A stretch of DNA of 64,000 bases from a bacterium (GTDB lineage Bacteria; SAR324; NAC60-12): NCBI GenBank assembly GCA_965209155.1, contig OZ242383.1, forward strand, positions 2,112,001-2,176,000, read 5' to 3'. Under the pieces are notes generated by a model, which saw only the letters and a list, made by a program, of their open reading frames with translations, made no database searches and was not told where the DNA came from. A program made the position numbers and the translations under genes. Shown here in pieces: positions 57,677 to 64,000 of the stretch (position 1 is its first letter; every line of letters begins with the position of its first letter).

Positions 57677-60600
57677 CTATTTCGCCACATTATGGGGCTC
57701 CAACACCCCATAACTCCTCATCTTTTTAAAAAGCGTCCTTCGGTCAATGCCAAGCTTGGAGGCAACTTTGGAGCGGTTCCAATGGTTCTTTTCCAATTGC
57801 TTCAGGATATATTCTCTTTCGAAATGCGCCACCGCATCTCGGAGCAACTCTTCATTTGGCCAGATCGGTTCAAATTTCATCTCCGGCGAAGGGGTCGGCG
57901 TTCTTAAAGGGGCTCCCAGAAAATCGACCTCTCCCTGGGAGACATAGCGATGCAGAGTGTTTTGCAGCTCCCGGACATTACCTGGCCAATCGTAGGCCTG
58001 CAGGGCTTCCAGAAATCCTGATGTGATGGGCTTTCCTTGTTGAAGCGCTGCCGTGGATTTCAAAAAATGCTCGACCAGCAGAGGGATATCTTCTTTTCTT
58101 TCCCGGAGCGGGGGCAGGCGAATGAGAAAGACATGGATCCGGTAATAGAAATCTTCTCGAATTTGCCCCGTCTTTACCCGATGACTCAGGTCCTGGTTTG
58201 AAGCCGCAATGAACCGGATATCGGGCTTGATGACCTCGTTGGTGCCAACCGGGGTAAAGCCATTGCCCTCCAGGACACGAAGTAGTTTAACCTGCAGGTT
58301 CAGTCCGATATCGGCCAGTTCATCCAGGAATAAAGTGCCTTTGTCGGCCAGGTGCAGAAAACCGCGCTGATCGCAATCGGCCCCGGTGAAAGCCCCTTTT
58401 TTGTGTCCAAAGAACTCGCTCTCGATCAGGTTTTCGGCGATGGCCCCGAGGTTCACCGGGAAAAAAACCTGCTCTTTGCGGTCACTGGCGTCGTGAATGG
58501 CCCGGGAGACCAGTTCTTTCCCGGTCCCCGATTCACCGTAGAGGATCACGTTCGCATTGGTGGCCGCGGCCCGTAAAATCTGCTCGTATACCCGCTGCAT
58601 GGGCTCGCTTTTTCCGATAATGTCACCAAACCGAAAGCGGTCTTTTATGTTGGCCTTCAGGCGGACATTTTCTTCATGCAGGGAGGTTTCGCTCGCTTTC
58701 AGTTCGTCCATCGCCTTTTTGAGGTTTTCGTGAAGCCTGGCGTTTTCCAGGGAAATGGCGATCTGGGAGGTGAGGTGTTTGATCACCTCGAGTCGCCGGG
58801 AGGTGAAGGCTCCCTCGACCAGGTTGTTTTCCAGGTAAATGATTCCGCTCAAAGATGACTTGTGAGTGATCGGTGCGCACAGGATGGATTTGGGGCGCTC
58901 CCTCCGGATATAATCATCCTCGACAAACCGTACCTCGCGGGCGGCATTGTCCAAAACCAGGTGCTCCTGGGTTTGTTTCACCCAGGAGATGATCAAGAGG
59001 GAGAGGGATTCAGCCTTTTCCACAGGCAGGGAAAGCGGCAGGAAACATTCGACCTGCTCGGCACTCCCGCGGGCAGCGATGAGAGACTGACCTTCGGTTT
59101 CCAGTATCAGGGCTGCTGTCTGGGCCCCGGCATTTTCTATGAGAATGACAAGCAGAATCTCCAGCAGCGGTTCCAACTCGAGGGTACTGGAGATGGCCTC
59201 CGAGGCCTTGAGCATCGTCGCCAGGTCCAGGTTGGCCGAAGGAGACGCCGCTTCAGCACGATCATCGGCAATCAGCCCGGGATATCGAGACTTCAGGTGC
59301 GCGACCTTCCGTTTTGCTCCCCAGGCTTCGTACTGCTCCATTGATGAGCGCAGGTAAGAGCCGGCGGCGACGTTCTGCCCCTGGTTGAGCAAGTACCTGG
59401 CTGCCAGTTCATTGGCCAGGGCTTCCTCGTGGATAAATTCGCTCTCTCTGGCCAAAGCGATGGCTTGGTCATAGTGGTGCATAATGGTATCGGGTTCGCC
59501 ATCCAGAACCCGTAGCCGCTCGGCTTCCACCAGGTGGTATTTATGCAAATAATTGGGTGGGGCACTGCGCGCCAGTTTTTCCAATGTATCCTGATGTTCA
59601 TGGACTTGGGTGAGGATCTCCTCCTTTTCCCTGTCAGTCACCTGGCCGTAAACCGCGAGGAGAGCGAGGGATCGGTAGCAATTGGCCAGGGGATCAATCA
59701 GGGAATCCTTGTAGGTTTTCATCAGGTTGATCATTTCAAAAGCTGTCTCCCGGGCTGCTTCGTATTCTTCGAACAGGGTTTGCAGCACCAGCTTTTGGTA
59801 ATTGAAACTGCAATGTTCATAATATGAGTACTCCGTACTTGTCACCCTGTCGTATTGATCCATGATGCCGCTCGACAGGCTCGCAGGTTCCTCCATCAGA
59901 ACCATAACCGTCTTCATCAGCATTTCGACCCGGGGCGACCCGAGCATATAATCGATCTTCTTGAGAGCAGCCTTCAACGTCGATAATTCCCCTTTCAGCC
60001 AATTCAGCTCCTTCCCGCACATAAAGGCAATCTGACATCTTACGACAGCGCTTTGACCGGCATTGAAGAAATCTCCCGTCTCAATTCCCATCTGATGAGC
60101 TTCCAGCAAGGGCTCCAATGACGCCGACAGCGGCTCCTGGTAGAACCGGGTCGCGGCGTTGAAAGCCAAGGAAACTTTACAGTTTATTTCCTTCAGATCA
60201 AGCGCTTCCATGAGCTGTATGCCCAGACGAGCGAGTTCATAACTAAATTCAAAATCCTGAGTAAACAAGCAATATATAAATCCAAGGAGACAATAGAAAT
60301 CGGGTGAATATTGCGGGTGAAAATGATTGAGCAGAAAAGAGATGCGTATAAAAGCGATGGGCTGCCAAAGACCGTCATCCAAAGTAACCCCAGCCTCGCC
60401 ATAGGCCAAATGGAGCTCATAGAGGATAGGGACAAGGACCTCGGCATCCGGTTGGGTGAGCGGCTCAAAGCGCATCACGTCCGCGACGCTTTTACCGTCC
60501 AGGCCGGATTTGATTTGAACGAGGGTCTGCTGCCATTGGTCGAGAGACAGACGGCTCAGTTGACACCCCAATTTCTCCAGAATCTCCGCGCCCGTTTCCT

Positions 60601-63600
60601 GTGCCTTTTTTAATTCACCCTGGTTGGTATACGCCTTGATCCGGCATCGATAAACATTGGCCAGGTCCGGGTCCTCTCGGGCGTTGTCTTTTACGGCACC
60701 CGCCAGCTTCTCCATCAACTCGAAGCGGCCGCAGAGCGATGACATCTCCGTGGCTTCCTCATGCAGGGATAAGGCCAGGGGGTAATGCCGTTTCCAGGCA
60801 GCGTCTCCTAATAAGAGGTACAGGCCCAGGGTAAAATATTGCAGGGCCTGTTCAAAGGCCGAAGCCGCTCTGGCATGACGACCGGCTTCCAGGTTGAGTT
60901 CCGCCAGGTGCGATCGTTCTTTCCATTTACCCTTCAACCTCTGGGCCAGGTTGAGATGGTGGACGATGTCAAAAAGAAGAGCGTCACTTTTTCCAGGAGC
61001 GTATTGCTTGAGCAGGGTCTGACCGATTTGAAGATGGACCGGCTGTCTCTCCTTTTGTGCAATGAGGGCATAGGCAGCCTGCTGCACCCGGTCATGCAGG
61101 AATTTGAAGCTGCCGCCCTCCACGCTCGCTCCGGCGGTCGGATTATCCGGCTCCGGGGCTCGGGAAAAACCGAGGATCAACCCGGTTTCCAGGGCCGGCA
61201 ACAGGTTCTCATTGATCTCCCCGCCTTCTTCTCCGCTGATCAACTCCAGGGATTCAAGGTCAAAAGTATTGCCGATGCAGGCCGCCAGGCTTAAAAGTCG
61301 CCTGGTTTCAGCGGAAAACCGGTGGAGCCGGTCAACCAGCATCTCCACCACATTCTCGGTCACCGCCAGGAACTCGATGGCAGCCAGGTCCCAGGTCCAT
61401 CGTTTTTCCTCAGGGGAGTAACCGATCAGGCCCTTCTCGGAGAGTACTGTCAAGAACTGGCCCACAAAGAAGGGATTGCCGCCGGTTTTGCGCGCCAGGA
61501 GTTCGGCCAGCGGTTTGGCCTCTTCAGGACGACAGTGGCAGGTATGGACGAGCAGTTGTGAGATGTTCTCCGGGTTGAGGGACTTTAAAGGGATCGTCTG
61601 CAGCGGCTGGCCAGTTTTTTTGATCACCTCACAACTGATCGACAACCGGTGATCGGCCTCCACCTCGTTGTCGCGATAGGCTCCCAGGAAAAGCAGAGGT
61701 TTCCTCTCCGGATCCCGAGCAATGCGTTCCACCAGCTTGAGGGTATCGACGTCCACCCACTGCAAGTCGTCCAGAAAAATAACCAGCGGATGGGTTTTTT
61801 CACAGAAAAGGCCGATGAATTCCAGTAAAACGGCAGTGAAGCGGTTGCGGGACTCCAGCGCTCCCATTTCCGGTAGTGGGGGTTGCGGGCCGATCATCAG
61901 TTCCAGTTCCGGGATCACTCGGGTCACCAGTTGTCCGTTGGCTCCCAGGGCAGTCCGTATCCTGTTTTTCCAACGCTCCATTCCGGATTTGTTTGCGACC
62001 GATATCTCCCGGATGAGTCCCCGTAGCGCCTGGATCAGGGCGCTGTAGGGGATATTGTGCCGGAGCTGGTCAAATTTGCCGGAGAGGAAGAAGCCGTTTT
62101 TTTGGGCAACGGACTGGTGAATTTCACCAACCAGGGCGGTTTTGCCGACACCAGCGGATCCCGAGATCAGCACCATCTCGGTCGCTCCCTGGCTCACTCG
62201 CTCCAGGGCGGCTTCCAGGGCGGTGATTTCATCCTTCCGGCCGTAAAGCCCCGGGGCGATCTGCAATTCTTTGGGAATGTCCAGGCGAGCCAGTGGAAAG
62301 TCGGACAGGCTCCCCTGGTTTTCGAGCTGCTCCACACATGCCAGCAGATCGGCTGAAAGGCCCGAGTGACTCTGGTAGCGCGCCTCGGCACGCTTGGCCA
62401 GCAGTTTCATGACCATATTAGAAAGGGTTTTGGGCACCTGCGGCGCCACCTGGTCCAGGGGTACAGGCTGCCGGGCAATGTGAGCGTGGATGATTTCCAT
62501 GGCCTCCCGGGAGTGGAAAGGCGCTCTCCCGCTGAAAAGTTCATAAAGGGTGGCGCCCAGGGAATAAAAATCACTGCGATAATCGAGGGGGCGATTCATC
62601 CGGTCGGTCTGCTCGGGGGAGATATAGGGCAAGGTTTCCCCGCTTAGCCGGGGACTCAACGTCGTCAAATTTTCTCGGGGAAGCCGTGTGGCCAGGCCGA
62701 AACCGCTCAGTTTGACCATCCCAGATGCCGGATCGAGAAAAATGTTGAACGGGTTGATCATTTTATGCAAGATGCCTTGCCGGTGCACTTCTTTCAGAAT
62801 ACCGGTCAGTGAAACCGCTACCTTCAGCGAGTCCAGCAGGTCGAGCCGGGCAGCATCCATCAGCTTTCTTAAAGGAAGCCCTTCCGTGTTTTCCAGGATC
62901 AAGGTCCAGCCGTTTTCACACTGCGCCAGCTCCTCTGCCTTGAGGACCCCATCGATCTCCAGATCCCGGGTGATCTCATGCTCATGCCGTATTTCCGCCA
63001 ACTCCTGCGCGCTCTGCTGAGATGAAGGTCCCTTGATCAGGACCGAAAGCCCGTCGCTTTGCCGCCTGCCGCGCCAGAGCCAGGTCCGGCTGCTTTCAAA
63101 AATGACCTCCTCCAGCGAATAACCCGGAATCTCCGGTTTTTTCCTGTCGGGAATCGTTGGCTCTTTTATTGGCCTGGGTGGCGTTCCCATTCCCGGTCTA
63201 GTGAAGATTTCTTCCTTGGACCGTACAGGCATTTTGAAGCTTTTCAGCAGATCCCCCAGGAAGCCCTGGTCCTTTTCGATTTCGTGGATTTTTCCCAGCA
63301 TTCTCCGGGCGGAATAGTAATTTATTCCGATTATTTCTGATAGTTGTTGAGCTGTCGTCTCCCCATTGCATGCCGCCACATAATAAATCCCCCAAAACCA
63401 GTAGCGCAACGGAGTCCGCGTCCGATGCATCAAAGTTCCCGCGATGATCGAAGTCTGGTGTTTACAGTTTCTGCATTGCAGTATTTGACGTTTTTTCAGG
63501 ACATCGTAGCGGTGACTGCCACAGAGGGAGCACACATAACCGGCTGGCCAACGCAGGTGGAAAAGGTGATTGCGACAGACTTCATCGTTCGAAAACAGCT

Positions 63601-63643
63601 GTTGGATCTCATGAAAGGCATGAGCTTGAGTTGTATCATCCAT
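57677..63643 (-). CDS. Giant sigma54-dependent activator: IS1595 Zn-ribbon/HTH + Ser/Thr pseudokinase + AAA/STAND NTPase + helical repeats + GAF + bEBP AAA+ + Fis HTH
   Basis: RWPAGYVCSLCGS..QCRNCKHQTSIIAGT; YISPEQ, SDFYSLG; GSAGVGKT, LDDLQW, TGGNPFF; IYLENN; GESGTGKE, GAFTGA, LFLDE, WPGNVRELQN; SKVASKLGIDRRTL. Confidence 0.9.
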   Translation of the reverse strand: MDDTTQAHAFHEIQQLFSNDEVCRNHLFHLRWPAGYVCSLCGSHRYDVLKKRQILQCRNCKHQTSIIAGTLMHRTRTPLRYWFWGIYYVAACNGETTAQQLSEIIGINYYSARRMLGKIHEIEKDQGFLGDLLKSFKMPVRSKEEIFTRPGMGTPPRPIKEPTIPDRKKPEIPGYSLEEVIFESSRTWLWRGRRQSDGLSVLIKGPSSQQSAQELAEIRHEHEITRDLEIDGVLKAEELAQCENGWTLILENTEGLPLRKLMDAARLDLLDSLKVAVSLTGILKEVHRQGILHKMINPFNIFLDPASGMVKLSGFGLATRLPRENLTTLSPRLSGETLPYISPEQTDRMNRPLDYRSDFYSLGATLYELFSGRAPFHSREAMEIIHAHIARQPVPLDQVAPQVPKTLSNMVMKLLAKRAEARYQSHSGLSADLLACVEQLENQGSLSDFPLARLDIPKELQIAPGLYGRKDEITALEAALERVSQGATEMVLISGSAGVGKTALVGEIHQSVAQKNGFFLSGKFDQLRHNIPYSALIQALRGLIREISVANKSGMERWKNRIRTALGANGQLVTRVIPELELMIGPQPPLPEMGALESRNRFTAVLLEFIGLFCEKTHPLVIFLDDLQWVDVDTLKLVERIARDPERKPLLFLGAYRDNEVEADHRLSISCEVIKKTGQPLQTIPLKSLNPENISQLLVHTCHCRPEEAKPLAELLARKTGGNPFFVGQFLTVLSEKGLIGYSPEEKRWTWDLAAIEFLAVTENVVEMLVDRLHRFSAETRRLLSLAACIGNTFDLESLELISGEEGGEINENLLPALETGLILGFSRAPEPDNPTAGASVEGGSFKFLHDRVQQAAYALIAQKERQPVHLQIGQTLLKQYAPGKSDALLFDIVHHLNLAQRLKGKWKERSHLAELNLEAGRHARAASAFEQALQYFTLGLYLLLGDAAWKRHYPLALSLHEEATEMSSLCGRFELMEKLAGAVKDNAREDPDLANVYRCRIKAYTNQGELKKAQETGAEILEKLGCQLSRLSLDQWQQTLVQIKSGLDGKSVADVMRFEPLTQPDAEVLVPILYELHLAYGEAGVTLDDGLWQPIAFIRISFLLNHFHPQYSPDFYCLLGFIYCLFTQDFEFSYELARLGIQLMEALDLKEINCKVSLAFNAATRFYQEPLSASLEPLLEAHQMGIETGDFFNAGQSAVVRCQIAFMCGKELNWLKGELSTLKAALKKIDYMLGSPRVEMLMKTVMVLMEEPASLSSGIMDQYDRVTSTEYSYYEHCSFNYQKLVLQTLFEEYEAARETAFEMINLMKTYKDSLIDPLANCYRSLALLAVYGQVTDREKEEILTQVHEHQDTLEKLARSAPPNYLHKYHLVEAERLRVLDGEPDTIMHHYDQAIALARESEFIHEEALANELAARYLLNQGQNVAAGSYLRSSMEQYEAWGAKRKVAHLKSRYPGLIADDRAEAASPSANLDLATMLKASEAISSTLELEPLLEILLVILIENAGAQTAALILETEGQSLIAARGSAEQVECFLPLSLPVEKAESLSLLIISWVKQTQEHLVLDNAAREVRFVEDDYIRRERPKSILCAPITHKSSLSGIIYLENNLVEGAFTSRRLEVIKHLTSQIAISLENARLHENLKKAMDELKASETSLHEENVRLKANIKDRFRFGDIIGKSEPMQRVYEQILRAAATNANVILYGESGTGKELVSRAIHDASDRKEQVFFPVNLGAIAENLIESEFFGHKKGAFTGADCDQRGFLHLADKGTLFLDELADIGLNLQVKLLRVLEGNGFTPVGTNEVIKPDIRFIAASNQDLSHRVKTGQIREDFYYRIHVFLIRLPPLRERKEDIPLLVEHFLKSTAALQQGKPITSGFLEALQAYDWPGNVRELQNTLHRYVSQGEVDFLGAPLRTPTPSPEMKFEPIWPNEELLRDAVAHFEREYILKQLEKNHWNRSKVASKLGIDRRTLFKKMRSYGVLEPHNVAK

Positions 63644-63744
63644 TTTGCGCTCCCACATCTAAGATGGTTAAATGAAAACTCAGGGATGAGCTTGAGTTGT
63701 ATCATCCACTTTACGCTCCCACATCTAAGATGGTTGAATGAAAA
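63620..63744. repeat. Tandem duplication (period 66 bp) of the regulator start region
   Basis: 63620-63678 and 63686-63744 match with 3 mismatches over 59 bp. Confidence 0.88.
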
Positions 63745-64000
63745 TTTTTGATTGTCAATTTTATGTTTGTATAACCTTTCAGATGGTTGAACGCAAGAAA
63801 AATTGTACTTCCATCACAGAAACTTCATCACTTTTAAACTTGTCGCTATTTTTTAAAAGAATAAAGCAGTAACTGAGCGTTCGCAAATTTTTATGAAGGT
63901 TTTTGAAAAAGATGCGTTTTTACGTATGGATGAGGAACAAACGATTCCTGAGGAAGCGGAATTGGTTTCACTTCAACCCACTTCCTTAAAACTTCAAACA

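Noticed and set aside
63270..63800. Complete IS1595 element at the regulator 5' end
   Set aside because: No DDE domain, TIRs or target duplication seen

Overview
Bacterial chromosomal window, probably from a metagenome. Its gene content resembles a SAR324/deltaproteobacterium-like organism, which is a tentative inference. Housekeeping and catabolic blocks include the DAHP synthase 3' end, a hydratase, a ThDP decarboxylase, an MFS transporter, a betaine ABC transporter, CoxG/SufU/XdhC, an acyl-CoA ligase, hisI-hisG, aceE-aceF-lpdA, a RibD deaminase domain, xth, nadD, glyA, a heptose kinase, lnt and phoR-phoU. Accessory DNA includes an intact ISKra4-family IS, several MITEs and REP-like palindromes, a ~6 kb pseudogene graveyard (27-33 kb), a peptide ABC operon with a (CACCCGG)13 tract at its predicted transcription start, and a sigma54-type sugar ABC/dioxygenase operon. 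Three signals stand out. (1) A ~1990-aa single-chain regulator fuses an IS1595 transposase Zn-ribbon/HTH, a pseudokinase, a P-loop NTPase, GAF and a sigma54 activator, next to a consensus sigma54 promoter with candidate enhancer palindromes. (2) An Rpn nuclease gene lies between two copies of that regulator's 3' end. (3) A CRISPR-shaped 37-bp repeat/35-bp spacer/37-bp repeat is built from the 3' end of the betaine-binding-protein gene, with no cas genes in the window. All calls come from motif recognition by eye; no database searches were run.
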